From NCBI RefSeq assembly GCF_037042905.1, contig NC_087246.1, forward strand, positions 2,172,001 through 2,236,000: DNA of 64,000 bases, written 5' to 3'. Positions within the stretch are counted from its first letter, which is position 1; every line of letters starts with the position of its first letter. The DNA is from Lytechinus pictus (lineage: Eukaryota). The notes beneath the pieces were generated by a model. It did not search any database. It was not told where the DNA came from and was given only the letters and a program-made list of their open reading frames with translations. This document shows positions 35,301 through 50,300 of the stretch, in pieces. The translations under genes and the position numbers were made by a program.

Positions 35301-38300
35301 GCGTTGAAGGCGTTACGCGCGGAAACGCGCGCGCATACCTGTGCGTGCGCAAATTTTTGAAATGCTTAAAATGACCTGAAACGTACTTTACTTTGGTCAA
35401 AAAGTGATTTTGAGCATTTTAAAAATTTGACGAGCGCGTACGCGCGCGTCGTGACCTCCAGGTGACCTTTGATGACATGACCTGTTGACCCTTGACCTGA
35501 AGTTGATGTGATGTTAATTTGATTGATTTTTGATAATTGATAATGGAGATATGATCGGCAATGTGATTTTACAAAATGGCGCCTGGATGACGTCATCATG
35601 ACCTGATGACCTTGAAAAAGTAGATTTTTCTTGAAATCATAGGGCTTGATGACTGACAGAAATTTGAAGGAAATTGACCATGTCGATTTCGAGTGAACGT
35701 GTGTACAAAAAAGTGTACGGAAGAAATAAAAATTCTGGCGAAATTAATAGGTGATCTGTCGTTGACAGACCACCTAATAAAGAAGAAAGAATTGAGCTAG
35801 AGTATTTCCCATAGACTTTACACGTAAGGAAAATACGAGAATATCCAATCCAATTTTGCAAGTGAAATACGGGCATGATCCCGGCATCTGATCGAAAAGG
35901 TAGGTTGACATTTTCGAAAGCTTAGAATCTCAGCTACAATATACTAAAAGCTCAGGAAAAACTGACAAGAAGAAATGGAGATATGGCTCACGAAATAGAG
36001 GAATGTCGAATCTAGTTTTGAGAAAAAACCATGTCCCATAGAGATTGCACGCAAAATGAGGAAAAATGACATGTCTTTATTATTTGCAATTTTTTAGGAT
36101 GATCCGTTTATTAAAATGAAAATTAAAGGCAATAATTCAGAAAGAGTAAGACTTAGGCTACAACATATCGAAAAATAAGAGAAAAATGATCAATATTCAC
36201 GGAGTTATGATCAAATTTGCATATATTTGATGACGTCATTTTTGAAAAAATGAAATTTTCAGTTTAGGCGCAATTTTGATGACGTCATGATCAAATTGAG
36301 GGATAATGGTGACATGAAATCAAATCTACAACTCATACTCTATCGATATATGAAAAAAAATTGGGGGTCAATGGACTATTTAAAGAGCTACAGTGAATTT
36401 TTAATAGGCATGTTTTTGCCCATATATGGCCTATAGTAAGAGCTCTCGCGCACACGTGCTGCAAACTTTAACGGGTGTTAATTTCGTTATTAATGGTCGT
36501 AGAAGGTTGATCAAGGTATCAAATTGCTCAGAATTATATTATCAATGCAATGATATAAAAAACGGCGTTTCTGCGTTGCGTTGAAGGCGTTACGCGCGGA
36601 AACGCGCGCGCATACCTGTGCGTGCGCAAATTTTTGAAATGCTTAAAATGACCTGAAACGTACTTTACTTTGGTCAAAAAGTGATTTTGAGCATTTTAAA
36701 AATTTGACGAGCGCGTACGCGCGCGTCGTGACCTCCAGGTGACCTTTGATGACATGACCTGTTGACCCTTGACCTGAAGTTGATGTGATGTTAATTTGAT
36801 TGATTTTTGATAATTGATAATGGAGATATGATCGGCAATGTGATTTTACAAAATGGCGCCTGGATGACGTCATCATGACCTGATGACCTTGAAAAAGTAG
36901 ATTTTTCTTGAAATCATAGGGCTTGATGACTGACAGAAATTTGAAGGAAATTGACCATGTCGATTTCGAGTGAACGTGTGTACAAAAAAGTGTACGGAAG
37001 AAATAAAAATTCTGGCGAAATTAATAGGTGATCTGTCGTTGACAGACCACCTAATAAAGAAGAAAGAATTGAGCTAGAGTATTTCCCATAGACTTTACAC
37101 GTAAGGAAAATACGAGAATATCCAATCCAATTTTGCAAGTGAAATACGGGCATGATCCCGGCATCTGATCGAAAAGGTAGGTTGACATTTTCGAAAGCTT
37201 AGAATCTCAGCTACAATATACTAAAAGCTCAGGAAAAACTGACAAGAAGAAATGGAGATATGGCTCACGAAATAGAGGAATGTCGAATCTAGTTTTGAGA
37301 AAAAACCATGTCCCATAGAGATTGCACGCAAAATGAGGAAAAATGACATGTCTTTATTATTTGCAATTTTTTAGGATGATCCGTTTATTAAAATGAAAAT
37401 TAAAGGCAATAATTCAGAAAGAGTAAGACTTAGGCTACAACATATCGAAAAATAAGAGAAAAATGATCAATATTCACGGAGTTATGATCAAATTTGCATA
37501 TATTTGATGACGTCATTTTTGAAAAAATGAAATTTTCAGTTTAGGCGCAATTTTGATGACGTCATGATCAAATTGAGGGATAATGGTGACATGAAATCAA
37601 ATCTACAACTCATACTCTATCGATATATGAAAAAAAATTGGGGGTCAATGGACTATTTAAAGAGCTACAGTGAATTTTTAATAGGCATGTTTTTGCCCAT
37701 ATATGGCCTATAGTAAGAGCTCTCGCGCACACGTGCTGCAAACTTTAACGGGTGTTAATTTCGTTATTAATGGTCGTAGAAGGTTGATCAAGGTATCAAA
37801 TTGCTCAGAATTATATTATCAATGCAATGATATAAAAAACGGCGTTTCTGCGTTGCGTTGAAGGCGTTACGCGCGGAAACGCGCGCGCATACCTGTGCGT
37901 GCGCAAATTTTTGAAATGCTTAAAATGACCTGAAACGTACTTTACTTTGGTCAAAAAGTGATTTTGAGCATTTTAAAAATTTGACGAGCGCGTACGCGCG
38001 CGTCGTGACCTCCAGGTGACCTTTGATGACATGACCTGTTGACCCTTGACCTGAAGTTGATGTGATGTTAATTTGATTGATTTTTGATAATTGATAATGG
38101 AGATATGATCGGCAATGTGATTTTACAAAATGGCGCCTGGATGACGTCATCATGACCTGATGACCTTGAAAAAGTAGATTTTTCTTGAAATCATAGGGCT
38201 TGATGACTGACAGAAATTTGAAGGAAATTGACCATGTCGATTTCGAGTGAACGTGTGTACAAAAAAGTGTACGGAAGAAATAAAAATTCTGGCGAAATTA

Positions 38301-41300
38301 ATAGGTGATCTGTCGTTGACAGACCACCTAATAAAGAAGAAAGAATTGAGCTAGAGTATTTCCCATAGACTTTACACGTAAGGAAAATACGAGAATATCC
38401 AATCCAATTTTGCAAGTGAAATACGGGCATGATCCCGGCATCTGATCGAAAAGGTAGGTTGACATTTTCGAAAGCTTAGAATCTCAGCTACAATATACTA
38501 AAAGCTCAGGAAAAACTGACAAGAAGAAATGGAGATATGGCTCACGAAATAGAGGAATGTCGAATCTAGTTTTGAGAAAAAACCATGTCCCATAGAGATT
38601 GCACGCAAAATGAGGAAAAATGACATGTCTTTATTATTTGCAATTTTTTAGGATGATCCGTTTATTAAAATGAAAATTAAAGGCAATAATTCAGAAAGAG
38701 TAAGACTTAGGCTACAACATATCGAAAAATAAGAGAAAAATGATCAATATTCACGGAGTTATGATCAAATTTGCATATATTTGATGACGTCATTTTTGAA
38801 AAAATGAAATTTTCAGTTTAGGCGCAATTTTGATGACGTCATGATCAAATTGAGGGATAATGGTGACATGAAATCAAATCTACAACTCATACTCTATCGA
38901 TATATGAAAAAAAATTGGGGGTCAATGGACTATTTAAAGAGCTACAGTGAATTTTTAATAGGCATGTTTTTGCCCATATATGGCCTATAGTAAGAGCTCC
39001 CGCGCACACGTGCTGCAAACTTTAACGGGTGTTAATTTCGTTATTAATGGTCGTAGAAGGTTGATCAAGGTATCAAATTGCTCAGAATTATATTATCAAT
39101 GCAATGATATAAAAAACGGCGTTTCTGCGTTGCGTTGAAGGCGTTACGCGCGGAAACGCGCGCGCATACCTGTGCGTGCGCAAATTTTTGAAATGCTTAA
39201 AATGACCTGAAACGTACTTTACTTTGGTCAAAAAGTGATTTTGAGCATTTTAAAAATTTGACGAGCGCGTACGCGCGCGTCGTGACCTCCAGGTGACCTT
39301 TGATGACATGACCTGTTGACCCTTGACCTGAAGTTGATGTGATGTTAATTTGATTGATTTTTGATAATTGATAATGGAGATATGATCGGCAATGTGATTT
39401 TACAAAATGGCGCCTGGATGACGTCATCATGACCTGATGACCTTGAAAAAGTAGATTTTTCTTGAAATCATAGGGCTTGATGACTGACAGAAATTTGAAG
39501 GAAATTGACCATGTCGATTTCGAGTGAACGTGTGTACAAAAAAGTGTACGGAAGAAATAAAAATTCTGGCGAAATTAATAGGTGATCTGTCGTTGACAGA
39601 CCACCTAATAAAGAAGAAAGAATTGAGCTAGAGTATTTCCCATAGACTTTACACGTAAGGAAAATACGAGAATATCCAATCCAATTTTGCAAGTGAAATA
39701 CGGGCATGATCCCGGCATCTGATCGAAAAGGTAGGTTGACATTTTCGAAAGCTTAGAATCTCAGCTACAATATACTAAAAGCTCAGGAAAAACTGACAAG
39801 AAGAAATGGAGATATGGCTCACGAAATAGAGGAATGTCGAATCTAGTTTTGAGAAAAAACCATGTCCCATAGAGATTGCACGCAAAATGAGGAAAAATGA
39901 CATGTCTTTATTATTTGCAATTTTTTAGGATGATCCGTTTATTAAAATGAAAATTAAAGGCAATAATTCAGAAAGAGTAAGACTTAGGCTACAACATATC
40001 GAAAAATAAGAGAAAAATGATCAATATTCACGGAGTTATGATCAAATTTGCATATATTTGATGACGTCATTTTTGAAAAAATGAAATTTTCAGTTTAGGC
40101 GCAATTTTGATGACGTCATGATCAAATTGAGGGATAATGGTGACATGAAATCAAATCTACAACTCATACTCTATCGATATATGAAAAAAAATTGGGGGTC
40201 AATGGACTATTTAAAGAGCTACAGTGAATTTTTAATAGGCATGTTTTTGCCCATATATGGCCTATAGTAAGAGCTCTCGCGCACACGTGCTGCAAACTTT
40301 AACGGGTGTTAATTTCGTTATTAATGGTCGTAGAAGGTTGATCAAGGTATCAAATTGCTCAGAATTATATTATCAATGCAATGATATAAAAAACGGCGTT
40401 TCTGCGTTGCGTTGAAGGCGTTACGCGCGGAAACGCGCGCGCATACCTGTGCGTGCGCAAATTTTTGAAATGCTTAAAATGACCTGAAACGTACTTTACT
40501 TTGGTCAAAAAGTGATTTTGAGCATTTTAAAAATTTGACGAGCGCGTACGCGCGCGTCGTGACCTCCAGGTGACCTTTGATGACATGACCTGTTGACCCT
40601 TGACCTGAAGTTGATGTGATGTTAATTTGATTGATTTTTGATAATTGATAATGGAGATATGATCGGCAATGTGATTTTACAAAATGGCGCCTGGATGACG
40701 TCATCATGACCTGATGACCTTGAAAAAGTAGATTTTTCTTGAAATCATAGGGCTTGATGACTGACAGAAATTTGAAGGAAATTGACCATGTCGATTTCGA
40801 GTGAACGTGTGTACAAAAAAGTGTACGGAAGAAATAAAAATTCTGGCGAAATTAATAGGTGATCTGTCGTTGACAGACCACCTAATAAAGAAGAAAGAAT
40901 TGAGCTAGAGTATTTCCCATAGACTTTACACGTAAGGAAAATACGAGAATATCCAATCCAATTTTGCAAGTGAAATACGGGCATGATCCCGGCATCTGAT
41001 CGAAAAGGTAGGTTGACATTTTCGAAAGCTTAGAATCTCAGCTACAATATACTAAAAGCTCAGGAAAAACTGACAAGAAGAAATGGAGATATGGCTCACG
41101 AAATAGAGGAATGTCGAATCTAGTTTTGAGAAAAAACCATGTCCCATAGAGATTGCACGCAAAATGAGGAAAAATGACATGTCTTTATTATTTGCAATTT
41201 TTTAGGATGATCCGTTTATTAAAATGAAAATTAAAGGCAATAATTCAGAAAGAGTAAGACTTAGGCTACAACATATCGAAAAATAAGAGAAAAATGATCA

Positions 41301-44300
41301 ATATTCACGGAGTTATGATCAAATTTGCATATATTTGATGACGTCATTTTTGAAAAAATGAAATTTTCAGTTTAGGCGCAATTTTGATGACGTCATGATC
41401 AAATTGAGGGATAATGGTGACATGAAATCAAATCTACAACTCATACTCTATCGATATATGAAAAAAAATTGGGGGTCAATGGACTATTTAAAGAGCTACA
41501 GTGAATTTTTAATAGGCATGTTTTTGCCCATATATGGCCTATAGTAAGAGCTCTCGCGCACACGTGCTGCAAACTTTAACGGGTGTTAATTTCGTTATTA
41601 ATGGTCGTAGAAGGTTGATCAAGGTATCAAATTGCTCAGAATTATATTATCAATGCAATGATATAAAAAACGGCGTTTCTGCGTTGCGTTGAAGGCGTTA
41701 CGCGCGGAAACGCGCGCGCATACCTGTGCGTGCGCAAATTTTTGAAATGCTTAAAATGACCTGAAACGTACTTTACTTTGGTCAAAAAGTGATTTTGAGC
41801 ATTTTAAAAATTTGACGAGCGCGTACGCGCGCGTCGTGACCTCCAGGTGACCTTTGATGACATGACCTGTTGACCCTTGACCTGAAGTTGATGTGATGTT
41901 AATTTGATTGATTTTTGATAATTGATAATGGAGATATGATCGGCAATGTGATTTTACAAAATGGCGCCTGGATGACGTCATCATGACCTGATGACCTTGA
42001 AAAAGTAGATTTTTCTTGAAATCATAGGGCTTGATGACTGACAGAAATTTGAAGGAAATTGACCATGTCGATTTCGAGTGAACGTGTGTACAAAAAAGTG
42101 TACGGAAGAAATAAAAATTCTGGCGAAATTAATAGGTGATCTGTCGTTGACAGACCACCTAATAAAGAAGAAAGAATTGAGCTAGAGTATTTCCCATAGA
42201 CTTTACACGTAAGGAAAATACGAGAATATCCAATCCAATTTTGCAAGTGAAATACGGGCATGATCCCGGCATCTGATCGAAAAGGTAGGTTGACATTTTC
42301 GAAAGCTTAGAATCTCAGCTACAATATACTAAAAGCTCAGGAAAAACTGACAAGAAGAAATGGAGATATGGCTCACGAAATAGAGGAATGTCGAATCTAG
42401 TTTTGAGAAAAAACCATGTCCCATAGAGATTGCACGCAAAATGAGGAAAAATGACATGTCTTTATTATTTGCAATTTTTTAGGATGATCCGTTTATTAAA
42501 ATGAAAATTAAAGGCAATAATTCAGAAAGAGTAAGACTTAGGCTACAACATATCGAAAAATAAGAGAAAAATGATCAATATTCACGGAGTTATGATCAAA
42601 TTTGCATATATTTGATGACGTCATTTTTGAAAAAATGAAATTTTCAGTTTAGGCGCAATTTTGATGACGTCATGATCAAATTGAGGGATAATGGTGACAT
42701 GAAATCAAATCTACAACTCATACTCTATCGATATATGAAAAAAAATTGGGGGTCAATGGACTATTTAAAGAGCTACAGTGAATTTTTAATAGGCATGTTT
42801 TTGCCCATATATGGCCTATAGTAAGAGCTCTCGCGCACACGTGCTGCAAACTTTAACGGGTGTTAATTTCGTTATTAATGGTCGTAGAAGGTTGATCAAG
42901 GTATCAAATTGCTCAGAATTATATTATCAATGCAATGATATAAAAAACGGCGTTTCTGCGTTGCGTTGAAGGCGTTACGCGCGGAAACGCGCGCGCATAC
43001 CTGTGCGTGCGCAAATTTTTGAAATGCTTAAAATGACCTGAAACGTACTTTACTTTGGTCAAAAAGTGATTTTGAGCATTTTAAAAATTTGACGAGCGCG
43101 TACGCGCGCGTCGTGACCTCCAGGTGACCTTTGATGACATGACCTGTTGACCCTTGACCTGAAGTTGATGTGATGTTAATTTGATTGATTTTTGATAATT
43201 GATAATGGAGATATGATCGGCAATGTGATTTTACAAAATGGCGCCTGGATGACGTCATCATGACCTGATGACCTTGAAAAAGTAGATTTTTCTTGAAATC
43301 ATAGGGCTTGATGACTGACAGAAATTTGAAGGAAATTGACCATGTCGATTTCGAGTGAACGTGTGTACAAAAAAGTGTACGGAAGAAATAAAAATTCTGG
43401 CGAAATTAATAGGTGATCTGTCGTTGACAGACCACCTAATAAAGAAGAAAGAATTGAGCTAGAGTATTTCCCATAGACTTTACACGTAAGGAAAATACGA
43501 GAATATCCAATCCAATTTTGCAAGTGAAATACGGGCATGATCCCGGCATCTGATCGAAAAGGTAGGTTGACATTTTCGAAAGCTTAGAATCTCAGCTACA
43601 ATATACTAAAAGCTCAGGAAAAACTGACAAGAAGAAATGGAGATATGGCTCACGAAATAGAGGAATGTCGAATCTAGTTTTGAGAAAAAACCATGTCCCA
43701 TAGAGATTGCACGCAAAATGAGGAAAAATGACATGTCTTTATTATTTGCAATTTTTTAGGATGATCCGTTTATTAAAATGAAAATTAAAGGCAATAATTC
43801 AGAAAGAGTAAGACTTAGGCTACAACATATCGAAAAATAAGAGAAAAATGATCAATATTCACGGAGTTATGATCAAATTTGCATATATTTGATGACGTCA
43901 TTTTTGAAAAAATGAAATTTTCAGTTTAGGCGCAATTTTGATGACGTCATGATCAAATTGAGGGATAATGGTGACATGAAATCAAATCTACAACTCATAC
44001 TCTATCGATATATGAAAAAAAATTGGGGGTCAATGGACTATTTAAAGAGCTACAGTGAATTTTTAATAGGCATGTTTTTGCCCATATATGGCCTATAGTA
44101 AGAGCTCTCGCGCACACGTGCTGCAAACTTTAACGGGTGTTAATTTCGTTATTAATGGTCGTAGAAGGTTGATCAAGGTATCAAATTGCTCAGAATTATA
44201 TTATCAATGCAATGATATAAAAAACGGCGTTTCTGCGTTGCGTTGAAGGCGTTACGCGCGGAAACGCGCGCGCATACCTGTGCGTGCGCAAATTTTTGAA

Positions 44301-47300
44301 ATGCTTAAAATGACCTGAAACGTACTTTACTTTGGTCAAAAAGTGATTTTGAGCATTTTAAAAATTTGACGAGCGCGTACGCGCGCGTCGTGACCTCCAG
44401 GTGACCTTTGATGACATGACCTGTTGACCCTTGACCTGAAGTTGATGTGATGTTAATTTGATTGATTTTTGATAATTGATAATGGAGATATGATCGGCAA
44501 TGTGATTTTACAAAATGGCGCCTGGATGACGTCATCATGACCTGATGACCTTGAAAAAGTAGATTTTTCTTGAAATCATAGGGCTTGATGACTGACAGAA
44601 ATTTGAAGGAAATTGACCATGTCGATTTCGAGTGAACGTGTGTACAAAAAAGTGTACGGAAGAAATAAAAATTCTGGCGAAATTAATAGGTGATCTGTCG
44701 TTGACAGACCACCTAATAAAGAAGAAAGAATTGAGCTAGAGTATTTCCCATAGACTTTACACGTAAGGAAAATACGAGAATATCCAATCCAATTTTGCAA
44801 GTGAAATACGGGCATGATCCCGGCATCTGATCGAAAAGGTAGGTTGACATTTTCGAAAGCTTAGAATCTCAGCTACAATATACTAAAAGCTCAGGAAAAA
44901 CTGACAAGAAGAAATGGAGATATGGCTCACGAAATAGAGGAATGTCGAATCTAGTTTTGAGAAAAAACCATGTCCCATAGAGATTGCACGCAAAATGAGG
45001 AAAAATGACATGTCTTTATTATTTGCAATTTTTTAGGATGATCCGTTTATTAAAATGAAAATTAAAGGCAATAATTCAGAAAGAGTAAGACTTAGGCTAC
45101 AACATATCGAAAAATAAGAGAAAAATGATCAATATTCACGGAGTTATGATCAAATTTGCATATATTTGATGACGTCATTTTTGAAAAAATGAAATTTTCA
45201 GTTTAGGCGCAATTTTGATGACGTCATGATCAAATTGAGGGATAATGGTGACATGAAATCAAATCTACAACTCATACTCTATCGATATATGAAAAAAAAT
45301 TGGGGGTCAATGGACTATTTAAAGAGCTACAGTGAATTTTTAATAGGCATGTTTTTGCCCATATATGGCCTATAGTAAGAGCTCTCGCGCACACGTGCTG
45401 CAAACTTTAACGGGTGTTAATTTCGTTATTAATGGTCGTAGAAGGTTGATCAAGGTATCAAATTGCTCAGAATTATATTATCAATGCAATGATATAAAAA
45501 ACGGCGTTTCTGCGTTGCGTTGAAGGCGTTACGCGCGGAAACGCGCGCGCATACCTGTGCGTGCGCAAATTTTTGAAATGCTTAAAATGACCTGAAACGT
45601 ACTTTACTTTGGTCAAAAAGTGATTTTGAGCATTTTAAAAATTTGACGAGCGCGTACGCGCGCGTCGTGACCTCCAGGTGACCTTTGATGACATGACCTG
45701 TTGACCCTTGACCTGAAGTTGATGTGATGTTAATTTGATTGATTTTTGATAATTGATAATGGAGATATGATCGGCAATGTGATTTTACAAAATGGCGCCT
45801 GGATGACGTCATCATGACCTGATGACCTTGAAAAAGTAGATTTTTCTTGAAATCATAGGGCTTGATGACTGACAGAAATTTGAAGGAAATTGACCATGTC
45901 GATTTCGAGTGAACGTGTGTACAAAAAAGTGTACGGAAGAAATAAAAATTCTGGCGAAATTAATAGGTGATCTGTCGTTGACAGACCACCTAATAAAGAA
46001 GAAAGAATTGAGCTAGAGTATTTCCCATAGACTTTACACGTAAGGAAAATACGAGAATATCCAATCCAATTTTGCAAGTGAAATACGGGCATGATCCCGG
46101 CATCTGATCGAAAAGGTAGGTTGACATTTTCGAAAGCTTAGAATCTCAGCTACAATATACTAAAAGCTCAGGAAAAACTGACAAGAAGAAATGGAGATAT
46201 GGCTCACGAAATAGAGGAATGTCGAATCTAGTTTTGAGAAAAAACCATGTCCCATAGAGATTGCACGCAAAATGAGGAAAAATGACATGTCTTTATTATT
46301 TGCAATTTTTTAGGATGATCCGTTTATTAAAATGAAAATTAAAGGCAATAATTCAGAAAGAGTAAGACTTAGGCTACAACATATCGAAAAATAAGAGAAA
46401 AATGATCAATATTCACGGAGTTATGATCAAATTTGCATATATTTGATGACGTCATTTTTGAAAAAATGAAATTTTCAGTTTAGGCGCAATTTTGATGACG
46501 TCATGATCAAATTGAGGGATAATGGTGACATGAAATCAAATCTACAACTCATACTCTATCGATATATGAAAAAAAATTGGGGGTCAATGGACTATTTAAA
46601 GAGCTACAGTGAATTTTTAATAGGCATGTTTTTGCCCATATATGGCCTATAGTAAGAGCTCTCGCGCACACGTGCTGCAAACTTTAACGGGTGTTAATTT
46701 CGTTATTAATGGTCGTAGAAGGTTGATCAAGGTATCAAATTGCTCAGAATTATATTATCAATGCAATGATATAAAAAACGGCGTTTCTGCGTTGCGTTGA
46801 AGGCGTTACGCGCGGAAACGCGCGCGCATACCTGTGCGTGCGCAAATTTTTGAAATGCTTAAAATGACCTGAAACGTACTTTACTTTGGTCAAAAAGTGA
46901 TTTTGAGCATTTTAAAAATTTGACGAGCGCGTACGCGCGCGTCGTGACCTCCAGGTGACCTTTGATGACATGACCTGTTGACCCTTGACCTGAAGTTGAT
47001 GTGATGTTAATTTGATTGATTTTTGATAATTGATAATGGAGATATGATCGGCAATGTGATTTTACAAAATGGCGCCTGGATGACGTCATCATGACCTGAT
47101 GACCTTGAAAAAGTAGATTTTTCTTGAAATCATAGGGCTTGATGACTGACAGAAATTTGAAGGAAATTGACCATGTCGATTTCGAGTGAACGTGTGTACA
47201 AAAAAGTGTACGGAAGAAATAAAAATTCTGGCGAAATTAATAGGTGATCTGTCGTTGACAGACCACCTAATAAAGAAGAAAGAATTGAGCTAGAGTATTT

Positions 47301-50300
47301 CCCATAGACTTTACACGTAAGGAAAATACGAGAATATCCAATCCAATTTTGCAAGTGAAATACGGGCATGATCCCGGCATCTGATCGAAAAGGTAGGTTG
47401 ACATTTTCGAAAGCTTAGAATCTCAGCTACAATATACTAAAAGCTCAGGAAAAACTGACAAGAAGAAATGGAGATATGGCTCACGAAATAGAGGAATGTC
47501 GAATCTAGTTTTGAGAAAAAACCATGTCCCATAGAGATTGCACGCAAAATGAGGAAAAATGACATGTCTTTATTATTTGCAATTTTTTAGGATGATCCGT
47601 TTATTAAAATGAAAATTAAAGGCAATAATTCAGAAAGAGTAAGACTTAGGCTACAACATATCGAAAAATAAGAGAAAAATGATCAATATTCACGGAGTTA
47701 TGATCAAATTTGCATATATTTGATGACGTCATTTTTGAAAAAATGAAATTTTCAGTTTAGGCGCAATTTTGATGACGTCATGATCAAATTGAGGGATAAT
47801 GGTGACATGAAATCAAATCTACAACTCATACTCTATCGATATATGAAAAAAAATTGGGGGTCAATGGACTATTTAAAGAGCTACAGTGAATTTTTAATAG
47901 GCATGTTTTTGCCCATATATGGCCTATAGTAAGAGCTCTCGCGCACACGTGCTGCAAACTTTAACGGGTGTTAATTTCGTTATTAATGGTCGTAGAAGGT
48001 TGATCAAGGTATCAAATTGCTCAGAATTATATTATCAATGCAATGATATAAAAAACGGCGTTTCTGCGTTGCGTTGAAGGCGTTACGCGCGGAAACGCGC
48101 GCGCATACCTGTGCGTGCGCAAATTTTTGAAATGCTTAAAATGACCTGAAACGTACTTTACTTTGGTCAAAAAGTGATTTTGAGCATTTTAAAAATTTGA
48201 CGAGCGCGTACGCGCGCGTCGTGACCTCCAGGTGACCTTTGATGACATGACCTGTTGACCCTTGACCTGAAGTTGATGTGATGTTAATTTGATTGATTTT
48301 TGATAATTGATAATGGAGATATGATCGGCAATGTGATTTTACAAAATGGCGCCTGGATGACGTCATCATGACCTGATGACCTTGAAAAAGTAGATTTTTC
48401 TTGAAATCATAGGGCTTGATGACTGACAGAAATTTGAAGGAAATTGACCATGTCGATTTCGAGTGAACGTGTGTACAAAAAAGTGTACGGAAGAAATAAA
48501 AATTCTGGCGAAATTAATAGGTGATCTGTCGTTGACAGACCACCTAATAAAGAAGAAAGAATTGAGCTAGAGTATTTCCCATAGACTTTACACGTAAGGA
48601 AAATACGAGAATATCCAATCCAATTTTGCAAGTGAAATACGGGCATGATCCCGGCATCTGATCGAAAAGGTAGGTTGACATTTTCGAAAGCTTAGAATCT
48701 CAGCTACAATATACTAAAAGCTCAGGAAAAACTGACAAGAAGAAATGGAGATATGGCTCACGAAATAGAGGAATGTCGAATCTAGTTTTGAGAAAAAACC
48801 ATGTCCCATAGAGATTGCACGCAAAATGAGGAAAAATGACATGTCTTTATTATTTGCAATTTTTTAGGATGATCCGTTTATTAAAATGAAAATTAAAGGC
48901 AATAATTCAGAAAGAGTAAGACTTAGGCTACAACATATCGAAAAATAAGAGAAAAATGATCAATATTCACGGAGTTATGATCAAATTTGCATATATTTGA
49001 TGACGTCATTTTTGAAAAAATGAAATTTTCAGTTTAGGCGCAATTTTGATGACGTCATGATCAAATTGAGGGATAATGGTGACATGAAATCAAATCTACA
49101 ACTCATACTCTATCGATATATGAAAAAAAATTGGGGGTCAATGGACTATTTAAAGAGCTACAGTGAATTTTTAATAGGCATGTTTTTGCCCATATATGGC
49201 CTATAGTAAGAGCTCTCGCGCACACGTGCTGCAAACTTTAACGGGTGTTAATTTCGTTATTAATGGTCGTAGAAGGTTGATCAAGGTATCAAATTGCTCA
49301 GAATTATATTATCAATGCAATGATATAAAAAACGGCGTTTCTGCGTTGCGTTGAAGGCGTTACGCGCGGAAACGCGCGCGCATACCTGTGCGTGCGCAAA
49401 TTTTTGAAATGCTTAAAATGACCTGAAACGTACTTTACTTTGGTCAAAAAGTGATTTTGAGCATTTTAAAAATTTGACGAGCGCGTACGCGCGCGTCGTG
49501 ACCTCCAGGTGACCTTTGATGACATGACCTGTTGACCCTTGACCTGAAGTTGATGTGATGTTAATTTGATTGATTTTTGATAATTGATAATGGAGATATG
49601 ATCGGCAATGTGATTTTACAAAATGGCGCCTGGATGACGTCATCATGACCTGATGACCTTGAAAAAGTAGATTTTTCTTGAAATCATAGGGCTTGATGAC
49701 TGACAGAAATTTGAAGGAAATTGACCATGTCGATTTCGAGTGAACGTGTGTACAAAAAAGTGTACGGAAGAAATAAAAATTCTGGCGAAATTAATAGGTG
49801 ATCTGTCGTTGACAGACCACCTAATAAAGAAGAAAGAATTGAGCTAGAGTATTTCCCATAGACTTTACACGTAAGGAAAATACGAGAATATCCAATCCAA
49901 TTTTGCAAGTGAAATACGGGCATGATCCCGGCATCTGATCGAAAAGGTAGGTTGACATTTTCGAAAGCTTAGAATCTCAGCTACAATATACTAAAAGCTC
50001 AGGAAAAACTGACAAGAAGAAATGGAGATATGGCTCACGAAATAGAGGAATGTCGAATCTAGTTTTGAGAAAAAACCATGTCCCATAGAGATTGCACGCA
50101 AAATGAGGAAAAATGACATGTCTTTATTATTTGCAATTTTTTAGGATGATCCGTTTATTAAAATGAAAATTAAAGGCAATAATTCAGAAAGAGTAAGACT
50201 TAGGCTACAACATATCGAAAAATAAGAGAAAAATGATCAATATTCACGGAGTTATGATCAAATTTGCATATATTTGATGACGTCATTTTTGAAAAAATGA